A stretch of 64,000 nucleotides of DNA from assembly GCF_964355755.1 (NCBI RefSeq), contig NC_092671.1, positions 8,680,001 to 8,744,000 on the forward strand, written 5' to 3'. Shown here piece after piece: positions 25,926 to 38,660 of this stretch. The position numbers were made by a program, and so were the translations under genes. Each line of letters starts with the position of its first letter. Positions within the stretch are counted from its first letter, which is position 1. A model generated the notes under the pieces. That model saw nothing but the letters and a program-made list of their open reading frames with translations, made no database searches and was not told the origin of the DNA. This DNA comes from Antedon mediterranea (Eukaryota; Animalia; Echinodermata).

Positions 25926-28900
25926 AATAAATTTAATTTAAATAAAATGGTAACAGTAGAAAGTTATGGAATTTACATTTCTGATGTGTAAAATCACTAT
26001 AAAGTATAAAGTACGGCTACAAAACATTTATTTACCTTTCCTAATACTTTATACCAAAAGATTAGAACTTAAAATGAACCAACTAGCTTTTTAACTAGAT
26101 TCAACATACGTAGTAGACACGTGAGACGAATACACTATACTAGACTTATACAGCCCGATTACTCCACATGTTTTGATCTCACCATTAAACGTATAAAATA
26201 AAACAGCATCAGAGTAATAAAAGATAATCTATGTCATTTTAACGTTGCTCAGATGCAATCATAATCAGTGGGTCTTGAAACCTATCATCTACAGTATAGA
26301 ATCAGGTTTAAATAATACAAATTGATGCGGCATGTATATACTCTCACTGCCAATGTATAAATAGAAACATGATCCGTATTATATTAAAATACATAAATAA
26401 AATTGCGAAATATATCTTATTGCATAGCAACTTCTACATATTTTTATTACATCATTTTTTGATGATTTATTAATATTATTATTAATCCTAATGCCGTAAA
26501 GTTTGATATTATATTTGTTCAATCATCTACAATTTATACTGTGGGTATAGGCCATTTGTTTTATCAAAAACTGAATGATTTGATGGTACTGTATATTGTT
26601 TTGTACTGTATAGGCTTAAAATACATATTAACTTCATTATACAGGTAGCCAAATTATTCAAAATTGAATTATGCACTATTATTTAACAGATACAATTATT
26701 GATAAATATTTATATTACATTATCTAGGATTTGTTACTAATATCACACATGCATGTTTTATATGCATCATCTGAAATGATTATATTTATTATATCTAGAT
26801 ATTATATATATTGTATATTTTGTTTGACTAAATGATAAGAGAAACAGGCATCAATAACGTAAATAGAAAATTCAAAATTGTTATTAAATATAGTTTTTTA
26901 TAGTTTATCAACATTAACATATATTCACACTAATAGCTAAAAATATATTATACCTACACGCCTCATTTACATGATAATTATGTATTGTTTCGAAAAAAAT
27001 AAAATTGACATACTTTCAACTTTTTTTCACAGCTTCTTGTACGTTGTCATCAATTTATGATGAATATTTATGAACTACGGTGGTCGTCTCAATTTAATTA
27101 AATTTATTATTTGAATTAATTTAAATTTCTTTTTGATGATTGTTACAAACTAGCTACTAGATTATAATTGGTTTTAATGAGAGTATTAATAGTAGGTTAA
27201 TTAAATAATAGAAACCGGTTTTTATTATTTTATACTGATATACAGTAAGTCAATACTTTACCAAATATCGTTAATTATAATGTACTGCAAATAACTACAC
27301 TAATTTTATTCTGTCTTATTCATTTAATTTCAATGTGTGATCATTTATTTTTTTCTGCAATGTGGCCTACATATGCAACAAAAATACACCTCACGCACAA
27401 GAACAATGAAACCTGTAAAATTAAATTATTATCTGACTATAAATAATGTGTGTATATTACGTACTAAATGAACTACTTTTAAATAATTTATGTTTAAATA
27501 CGCCTTTTTTATTATATCAAATTACCTGTTTAACTAATATACAATAAATAATTTTTGCAAATAAAATACTATATAACTTTCATATTTCAAGGTTATTCTA
27601 TTATTCAATTAGCTATTAAACTGTAATAATAATAGACAAAGAAGTTAATAGTTGAAATAAAGTGGACTGAATCAATAGACAGACAGACAGTATTTGTAAA
27701 CATTAAGCATCTTCTTAAAATATTCTCTCTAAAATTGTCAAAATAAAAATAATGCATAAAATGATAGGTAGCAAGGAATAAAGTTTTGTTTTCTTTTGTT
27801 TAGAGAAAAGTCAGCTTTTATTTTGGGGCAGCAAATGAAGGTAGGAAAATTTGACAAACTAAAACTGTTGCAAAACTTGGACGGAATGCACAAGTGCATC
27901 AGTCTGATAAGTATACTACTCGACTATTTACCAAATGCTAGACCTCTTAAAGGGTTATGACCAGCAACCTGTGTATATGGCCTGGTGAAGTCTGATGAGA
28001 AGAGGTACAATTATTACAATCCAGGAAAATTATTCTTTTAAGTCTCTATCTCGGCAGCATTTGCTTGCCTTAATTTCACAATGGGCCAATTAAGCAAGTT
28101 CTGAAGGCTGTGTCAAATTATTTTACTAATACTTTTTAACATTTCTGCTTTAAATGGATATTACAATTAAAAAGAATTGAGCACCAGTTCAATACAGCAT
28201 ACATTGTTCAATTATCATTGGCAATAATAGTTTTAAAAAAGATGATCCTAAAAAGAAACTTTGAGATTGAGAATATCAAATGTATGCGTTTAGAATCTAT
28301 ACCAGTTGTTTAACAAAAGCAAGAAATGAGAAATAAAATGTAATGCTTATCAATTAATTCAACGGGTTACTGCACTTTGATCATAAACGGTACATTTATA
28401 AGTTGTATGACATGGAAAAATCAATTTACCAAGCACAATGTGTACTTCAACGCAATCAATTTTTACATTTAGAAGAATAGAAAATGAAAAGGAAATATTA
28501 AATGTACTGTATGCCTACAATACACCATGAACAAAATACATATATAATATTTATTCCATGAGTAAAATTTACTTTCAGAGATGAATTTATATACAATCAT
28601 TTTTCATTTCATAAAGAATGTTTTGTATCTTCGTATCTTTTGTTAAATTTTCTAGTTTCGCAAAAGGTGTGCATTTACAAATTCTACAGTCTCTACAATT
28701 CTAAGAGTTCTTCCAGAGCAACACACAGAATATATAGGTCAAACCTTCACCAATACAGCTATGGCTTGGCGCCCTTTACAAGTAATTATTTAAGAATAGT
28801 AAGCCAAACGCGAAGACTGACTGACCTTGAATTTCTATCTAGATAATGGGAACCATTTACATGTATCCATCATGGGATGATGTACGCATGCTCACATCTG

Positions 28901-29329
28901 GAGTCTAATTGTCTACCACTTGCCGCATTGCGTGCGTGTGAAATCAAGGCCAGAATCTTTCCCGTCCTGGTTTACTAAAACGACTAGAATAAATTTTGTT
29001 TTTAAATAGAGGAAAAATAAATAGAGTAGAAGTGTATAAACCATTCTGACGAGCATTATTCTTCTATGCCTTTTGAAATGTATTGCGATCAAGTTGGAGG
29101 GGGTCGGTTCTCAAAATTTCTCAATCTGTAAATCAGAATTGAAAGATTAATAATCTTCTATTTGCTATGGCCATACAAATCTAAGAAGGGTGGCAGTAGA
29201 AATAGAAAACATAACATTATATGCTGATAGAAAATGGCACAAAACTTGTCCTCATCTCTCAATATAAATAGGAAGACTTGATCAATGATAAATTAAACCT
29301 TTATGTTCAGAGTAATTTCTTTTTCTAAA

Positions 29330-29652
29330 TTTGTTTAAAGGCAAACCATGTATCAGTAACATTTTAAACACAACACTAACAGTAACAATCGGAAAAAAAA
29401 AATAGTAATGCTGTTTATGTGATATTTCAACTGAAATTTTTATTATTAGGTTTCAGTATTATGTGATTGCTGATGGTTTTATTTGAAATATTTAACCATT
29501 TTTTTAAAGGTGAACCATGACATGGTCGTGTATTAGTAACATTTTAAACGCAACACTAACAATCCTACAAAAATTGTAATGCTGTTCATGTGATATATTT
29601 CAACTGAACTTTTTTTTATTAGGTTTCAGTATTAATTTGATTGCTGATGGTT
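29330..29652. repeat. ~175-bp tandem duplication
   Basis: gtaacattttaaac(a/g)caacactaac...gtaatgctgtt...ttattaggtttcagtatt...gattgctgatgg occurs twice. Confidence 0.85.
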
Positions 29653-31243
29653 AATAAATTAAGTTGTATGATGTTGGATTGAACTTTCCAAATCAAAACT
29701 TAATCGTGCATTACTGACGACACATTTCTTGTTCGATATCTCCACTTGATTACTTTTGCTGATGAAAATTGACTGCATGCTAAATTTAGTCATTTTCAGA
29801 TTGTTTTATTATTAATAGTGTAATATAAATAAATTCTTTTTTTTCAATGTACTCGATATTTTTAAAGTTGAAATATCGTTTAGTAAGCTTCATAATGATT
29901 AAATTTAATATGTATATCTAAACGAAGAATCCAGTAACATTTTTAAAAACGCTCTTAGTCTTATCTTAACGGTGATGCTTATATGACGCTCATGTGATTT
30001 TCATGCTTATAACAAAAGCCTGGGATTATTTAAACTATAGCTTGGCTATATTAAAAAATTCAACAAAGAAGACTGTATGTCTTCATAATCACAGCAGCAG
30101 TAGAGGTTTTATATAGCAAAAATTGTTTTTGTTATAGCATATAGTTCAGTACTACTATTCTTTGCTGCGTCAACTAGGAATAACACCCTTTTTTCAAAAT
30201 ACTAATCTTTCCTAAGACAATTCCTATGCAATAGAAATATTTTTATGATGAGCAAACGCCTCTCTCTCTCTCTTTATCTTTACAGTAGTATATCCCCATA
30301 TTCTTACATACAGTAGTCTGGAGAAATAGTAAACATGCATCAACAATGATAGAGAGTTAAAAATAAAAAATGGATACTAGGAAGATGCATTTGGCACTCC
30401 TAGACGTGATATTCATTTTAAAATTTTGAATTTGTTTCAATTTCTCGCCTACCTACACCTTTTCAAATCCTACAGAGAAGATTGATCGATTTTAAAGACG
30501 ACAAGACGAAACTGGAAAGATTATCTTTCCTTCCAGTCTGTAAAATAGATCTTGGTCTGTTAGCTGTCATTGAAAATTATAATTAAAGTTAAATTGCGAA
30601 ATTGCTGACGGTTTTCTCAAAATGTTACTTTTGATGTTATGAAGTTTCCAGGGAGCTGTTGCGAATAATTTTATAGTCGGTAAATTATTGCTATACTTCT
30701 AATTACTGTACAACTTGTTTATATGCACACAACTTTAAACTTTCTAGTATCTTCTTGAAACGACATTAAATTACACTACAATTGATAATTGCTACAGATA
30801 TGTAAAAACCAATCAACCAACGCATTGTAAATTACCAAGCAATCAGACAAACTTTAATTAAAGTACTAGTATAATTTAAATTCTGTAATTAGACTTCAAC
30901 TAAAACGATTTCGCATTGAGCGAATAATATTCCCACGTGGACAAAAGCCACAAAACAATATATATGAATATTGTTTAAGGTGGTACAATCACATCACATG
31001 ATAAGTTCCTCATAACCAAATTAAATATAACTTATCGGGATATGATGTGTATTGATTATCAACTTTACACAATTGGTATGAAATTCACAATTTGCATCTA
31101 GCAGACAAATAAAATGACCGACAGATTAGTGCCATCATTTAACTGGTCAATTGTAAACTAGTAAAACCAGTCAAGCATGAAACCAATTTAAATTTGACTT
31201 TTATAACGCATGCAGTTTACATTTTCCACTTGGTTAGACTTAC

Positions 31244-31421
31244 CGCTTCAGTGTGTATCGGGTGCGTGGCAAAGAGTAAACCGGCGATGAACGATGCTTT
31301 ACTATCGTGAAACAGTAGTTCGTTAATACAATGCGTAAATAGACAAGAGACAATCATATGTAGAACAACATTTGTTAAATGGTACCCAAAGGGGTCGAGT
31401 CCGCCAAACATGTAATTCAAC
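31244..31421 (-). CDS. TMTC1: TMTC1-like coding exon 2
   Basis: tttttcag|G acceptor; LNYMFGGLDPFGYHLTNVVLH...LLFATHPIHTEA; donor GCG|GTAAGT; 178 nt, phase 2 to 0. Confidence 0.95.
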
Positions 31422-31549
31422 CTGAAAAATATCAATTGAAACAAGTGTTACTTTGACAGTTTAATTTCCTTTTCATCATGAATACATATTTGTATGAATA
31501 CATAATTATGTAGGGTAGTAAAGTAGAACATATAAAATAATACGAATAC

Positions 31550-34500
31550 ACTGCATATGACTGAATATGTACTGCATGTGACTGAATATGTACTGCATGT
31601 GACTGAATATGTACTGCATGTGACTGAATATGTACTGCATATGACTGAATATGTACTGCATATGACTGAATATGTACTGCATATGACTGAATATGTACTG
31701 CATGTGACTGAATATGTACTGCATGTGACTGAATATGTACTGCATATGACTGAATATGTACTGCATATGACTGAATATGTACTGCATATGACTGAATATG
31801 TACTGCATATGACTGAATATGTACTGCATATGACTGAATATGTACTGCATATGACTGAATATGTACTGCATGTGACTGAATATGTACTGCATGTGACTGA
31901 ATATGTACTGCATGTGACTGAATATGTACTGCATGTGACTGAATATGTACTGCATGTGACTGAATATGTACTGCATGTGACTGAATATGTACTGCATATG
32001 ACTGAATATGTACTGCATATGACTGAATATGTACTGCATGTGACTGAATATGTACTGCATATGACTGAATATGTACTGCATATGACTGAATATGTACTGC
32101 ATATGACTGAATATGTACTGCATGTGACTGAATATGTACTGCATATGACTGAATATGTACTGCATATGACTGAATATGTACTGCATGTGACTGAATATGT
32201 ACTGCATATGACTGAATATGTACTGCATATGACTGAATATGTACTGCATGTGACTGAATATGTACTGCATGTGACTGAATATGTACTGCATATGACTGAA
32301 TATGTACTGCATATGACTGAATATGTACTGCATGTGACTGAATATGTACTGCATGTGACTGAATATGTACTGCATATGACTGAATATGTACTGCATATGA
32401 CTGAATATGTACTGCATGTGACTGAATATGTACTGCATATGACTGAATATGTACTGCATATGACTGAATATGTACTGCATGTGACTGAATATGTACTGCA
32501 TATGACTGAATATGTACTGCATATGACTGAATATGTACTGCATATGACTGAATATGTACTGCATATGACTGAATATGTACTGCATGTGACTGAATATGTA
32601 CTGCATGTGACTGAATATGTACTGCATATGACTGAATATGTACTGCATGTGACTGAATATGTACTGCATGTGACTGAATATGTACTGCATATGACTGAAT
32701 ATGTACTGCATATGACTGAATATGTACTGCATATGACTGAATATGTACTGCATGTGACTGAATATGTACTGCATATGACTGAATATGTACTGCATATGAC
32801 TGAATATGTACTGCATGTGACTGAATATGTACTGCATGTGACTGAATATGTACTGCATATGACTGAATATGTACTGCATGTGACTGAATATGTACTGCAT
32901 ATGACTGAATATGTACTGCATATGACTGAATATGTACTGCATATGACTGAATATGTACTGCATATGACTGAATATGTACTGCATATGACTGAATATGTAC
33001 TGCATGTGACTGAATATGTACTGCATATGACTGAATATGTACTGCATATGACTGAATATGTACTGCATGTGACTGAATATGTACTGCATATGACTGAATA
33101 TGTACTGCATGTGACTGAATATGTACTGCATGTGACTGAATATGTACTGCATATGACTGAATATGTACTGCATGTGACTGAATATGTACTGCATGTGACT
33201 GAATATGTACTGCATGTGACTGAATATGTACTGCATGTGACTGAATATGTACTGCATGTGACTGAATATGTACTGCATGTGACTGAATATGTACTGCATA
33301 TGACTGAATATGTACTGCATGTGACTGAATATGTACTGCATGTGACTGAATATGTACTGCATGTGACTGAATATGTACTGCATATGACTGAATATGTACT
33401 GCATATGACTGAATATGTACTGCATGTGACTGAATATGTACTGCATGTGACTGAATATGTACTGCATGTGACTGAATATGTACTGCATGTGACTGAATAT
33501 GTACTGCATGTGACTGAATATGTACTGCATGTGACTGAATATGTACTGCATGTGACTGAATATGTACTGCATGTGACTGAATATGTACTGCATATGACTG
33601 AATATGTACTGCATGTGACTGAATATGTACTGCATGTGACTGAATATGTACTGCATATGACTGAATATGTACTGCATGTGACTGAATATGTACTGCATGT
33701 GACTGAATATGTACTGCATATGACTGAATATGTACTGCATATGACTGAATATGTACTGCATGTGACTGAATATGTACTGCATGTGACTGAATATGTACTG
33801 CATGTGACTGAATATGTACTGCATGTGACTGAATATGTACTGCATGTGACTGAATATGTACTGCATGTGACTGAATATGTACTGCATGTGACTGAATATG
33901 TACTGCATGTGACTGAATATGTACTGCATATGACTGAATATGTACTGCATGTGACTGAATATGTACTGCATATGACTGAATATGTACTGCATGTGACTGA
34001 ATATGTACTGCATATGACTGAATATGTACTGCATATGACTGAATATGTACTGCATATGACTGAATATGTACTGCATATGACTGAATATGTACTGCATGTG
34101 ACTGAATATGTACTGCATATGACTGAATATGTACTGCATATGACTGAATATGTACTGCATGTGACTGAATATGTACTGCATATGACTGAATATGTACTGC
34201 ATGTGACTGAATATGTACTGCATATGACTGAATATGTACTGCATATGACTGAATATGTACTGCATGTGACTGAATATGTACTGCATGTGACTGAATATGT
34301 ACTGCATATGACTGAATATGTACTGCATGTGACTGAATATGTACTGCATGTGACTGAATATGTACTGCATGTGACTGAATATGTACTGCATATGATTGAA
34401 TATGTACTGCATGTGACTGAATATGTACTGCATATGACTGAATATGTACTGCATATGATTGAATATGTACTGCATGTGACTGAATATGTACTGCATGTGA

Positions 34501-37500
34501 CTGAATATGTACTGCATATGACTGAATATGTACTGCATGTGACTGAATATGTACTGCATATGACTGAATATGTACTGCATATGACTGAATATGTACTGCA
34601 TGTGACTGAATATGTACTGCATGTGACTGAATATGTACTGCATATGACTGAATATGTACTGCATATGACTGAATATGTACTGCATATGACTGAATATGTA
34701 CTGCATATGACTGAATATGTACTGCATATGACTGAATATGTACTGCATGTGACTGAATATGTACTGCATGTGACTGAATATGTACTGCATATGACTGAAT
34801 ATGTACTGCATATGACTGAATATGTACTGCATATGACTGAATATGTACTGCATATGACTGAATATGTACTGCATGTGACTGAATATGTACTGCATGTGAC
34901 TGAATATGTACTGCATATGACTGAATATGTACTGCATATGATTGAATATGTACTGCATATGACTGAATATGTACTGCATGTGACTGAATATGTACTGCAT
35001 GTGACTGAATATGTACTGCATATGACTGAATATGTACTGCATGTGACTGAATATGTACTGCATATGACTGAATATGTACTGCATATGACTGAATATGTAC
35101 TGCATGTGACTGAATATGTACTGCATGTGACTGAATATGTACTGCATATGACTGAATATGTACTGCATGTGACTGAATATGTACTGCATGTGACTGAATA
35201 TGTACTGCATGTGACTGAATATGTACTGCATATGATTGAATATGTACTGCATGTGACTGAATATGTACTGCATATGACTGAATATGTACTGCATATGATT
35301 GAATATGTACTGCATGTGACTGAATATGTACTGCATGTGACTGAATATGTACTGCATATGACTGAATATGTACTGCATGTGACTGAATATGTACTGCATA
35401 TGACTGAATATGTACTGCATATGACTGAATATGTACTGCATGTGACTGAATATGTACTGCATGTGACTGAATATGTACTGCATATGACTGAATATGTACT
35501 GCATATGACTGAATATGTACTGCATATGACTGAATATGTACTGCATATGACTGAATATGTACTGCATATGACTGAATATGTACTGCATGTGACTGAATAT
35601 GTACTGCATGTGACTGAATATGTACTGCATATGACTGAATATGTACTGCATATGACTGAATATGTACTGCATATGACTGAATATGTACTGCATATGACTG
35701 AATATGTACTGCATGTGACTGAATATGTACTGCATGTGACTGAATATGTACTGCATATGACTGAATATGTACTGCATATGATTGAATATGTACTGCATAT
35801 GACTGAATATGTACTGCATGTGACTGAATATGTACTGCATATGACTGAATATGTACTGCATATGACTGAATATGTACTGCATGTGACTGAATATGTACTG
35901 CATATGACTGAATATGTACTGCATATGACTGAATATGTACTGCATGTGACTGAATATGTACTGCATGTGACTGAATATGTACTGCATATGACTGAATATG
36001 TACTGCATATGACTGAATATGTACTGCATATGACTGAATATGTACTGCATATGACTGAATATGTACTGCATATGACTGAATATGTACTGCATATGACTGA
36101 ATATGTACTGCATATGATTGAATATGTACTGCATGTGACTGAATATGTACTGCATATGACTGAATATGTACTGCATATGACTGAATATGTACTGCATATG
36201 ACTGAATATGTACTGCATATGACTGAATATGTACTGCATATGACTGAATATGTACTGCATGTGACTGAATATGTACTGCATATGACTGAATATGTACTGC
36301 ATATGACTGAATATGTACTGCATGTGACTGAATATGTACTGCATGTGACTGAATATGTACTGCATATGACTGAATATGTACTGCATATGACTGAATATGT
36401 ACTGCATGTGACTGAATATGTACTGCATGTGACTGAATATGTACTGCATATGACTGAATATGTACTGCATATGACTGAATATGTACTGCATGTGACTGAA
36501 TATGTACTGCATATGACTGAATATGTACTGCATATGACTGAATATGTACTGCATGTGACTGAATATGTACTGCATGTGACTGAATATGTACTGCATATGA
36601 CTGAATATGTACTGCATATGACTGAATATGTACTGCATGTGACTGAATATGTACTGCATGTGACTGAATATGTACTGCATATGACTGAATATGTACTGCA
36701 TATGATTGAATATGTACTGCATGTGACTGAATATGTACTGCATATGACTGAATATGTACTGCATATGACTGAATATGTACTGCATGTGACTGAATATGTA
36801 CTGCATATGACTGAATATGTACTGCATATGACTGAATATGTACTGCATGTGACTGAATATGTACTGCATATGACTGAATATGTACTGCATATGACTGAAT
36901 ATGTACTGCATGTGACTGAATATGTACTGCATGTGACTGAATATGTACTGCATATGACTGAATATGTACTGCATATGACTGAATATGTACTGCATGTGAC
37001 TGAATATGTACTGCATGTGACTGAATATGTACTGCATATGACTGAATATGTACTGCATATGACTGAATATGTACTGCATGTGACTGAATATGTACTGCAT
37101 ATGACTGAATATGTACTGCATGTGACTGAATATGTACTGCATATGACTGAATATGTACTGCATGTGACTGAATATGTACTGCATATGACTGAATATGTAC
37201 TGCATATGATTGAATATGTACTGCATGTGACTGAATATGTACTGCATATGACTGAATATGTACTGCATATGACTGAATATGTACTGCATGTGACTGAATA
37301 TGTACTGCATGTGACTGAATATGTACTGCATGTGACTGAATATGTACTGCATATGACTGAATATGTACTGCATATGACTGAATATGTACTGCATATGACT
37401 GAATATGTACTGCATATGACTGAATATGTACTGCATGTGACTGAATATGTACTGCATGTGACTGAATATGTACTGCATGTGACTGAATATGTACTGCATA

Positions 37501-38130
37501 TGACTGAATATGTACTGCATATGACTGAATATGTACTGCATATGACTGAATATGTACTGCATGTGACTGAATATGTACTGCATATGACTGAATATGTACT
37601 GCATATGACTGAATATGTACTGCATGTGACTGAATATGTACTGCATGTGACTGAATATGTACTGCATATGACTGAATATGTACTGCATGTGACTGAATAT
37701 GTACTGCATATGACTGAATATGTACTGCATATGACTGAATATGTACTGCATATGACTGAATATGTACTGCATATGACTGAATATGTACTGCATGTGACTG
37801 AATATGTACTGCATATGACTGAATATGTACTGCATGTGACTGAATATGTACTGCATGTGACTGAATATGTACTGCATATGATTGAATATGTACTGCATAT
37901 GACTGAATATGTACTGCATATGACTGAATATGTACTGCATATGACTGAATATGTACTGCATGTGACTGAATATGTACTGCATGTGACTGAATATGTACTG
38001 CATGTGACTGAATATGTACTGCATATGACTGAATATGTACTGCATATGACTGAATATGTACTGCATATTACTGAATATGTACTGCATATGATCAAATATG
38101 TACTGCATGTGACTATGTACTGCATATGAC
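31550..38130. repeat. 21-bp minisatellite, ~313 copies, unit ACTGCAT(A/G)TGA(C/T)TGAATATGT
   Basis: Directly visible; 6581 bp / 21. Only two variable positions through the body; degenerate units only at 38065-38130. Confidence 0.99.
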
Positions 38131-38516
38131 CGTTTATACTGTATGCTTGAATTAATCCTATACCTAATTTACGCTAAATTCAAACATAAGACTAAAATTG
38201 TTTTATAAAATATCAATATATATACATCAACATCTAATGTTCACTAAATTTTATACCCAGGCTATACTCTGGGCCAAAGCCACCAGTATACAGTTGGTAA
38301 GGTTTGAATCTGACCATTTTCTGACATTATAATTGCTGTACCTGTATAATATATGCACAATATACTGTACATAGCATGCATAAATATGCTATAAAGGAAG
38401 ATAATAATCTGTAACTTAAAATTCGCCGCCATATATCGCTAGACAAAAATAATAACAATAAAGGACGCCCTCAATAATTATTTTGTCAGAGACTTTTTAT
38501 TGGCCGAATATGCCCA

Positions 38517-38660
38517 ACTCCTTTCTCACAGAAAGTCGGTATATACCGGTTATATTTCCGGCAAGATATTCCGATGAGAATGGGTATATGCCGGTAACGA
38601 TACCGGCACGACGCCAGCATAATACCGGTATATTGCAGGCACATCTGTGAGAAAGGGGCT
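38517..38660. mobile_element. Harbinger-like MITE
   Basis: ACTCCTTTCTCACAGA ... TCTGTGAGAAAGGGGCT|TAA with internal atAccgg repeats. Confidence 0.75.

Noticed and set aside
31448-38129. Three ~2200-aa ORFs as real repetitive proteins
   Set aside because: They overlap on both strands and arise automatically from a 21-bp unit that lacks stops. There is no signal peptide, unique domain or synonymous-site variation, and they lie inside a TMTC1 intron.
31550-38130. CRISPR array or telomeric repeat
   Set aside because: No unique spacers and no cas genes; the context is a eukaryotic intron; the unit is not G-rich or telomere-like.
31550-38130. RBFOX UGCAUG splicing-enhancer array
   Set aside because: TGCATG occurs in G-type units only on the plus strand, which is antisense to the TMTC1 pre-mRNA.
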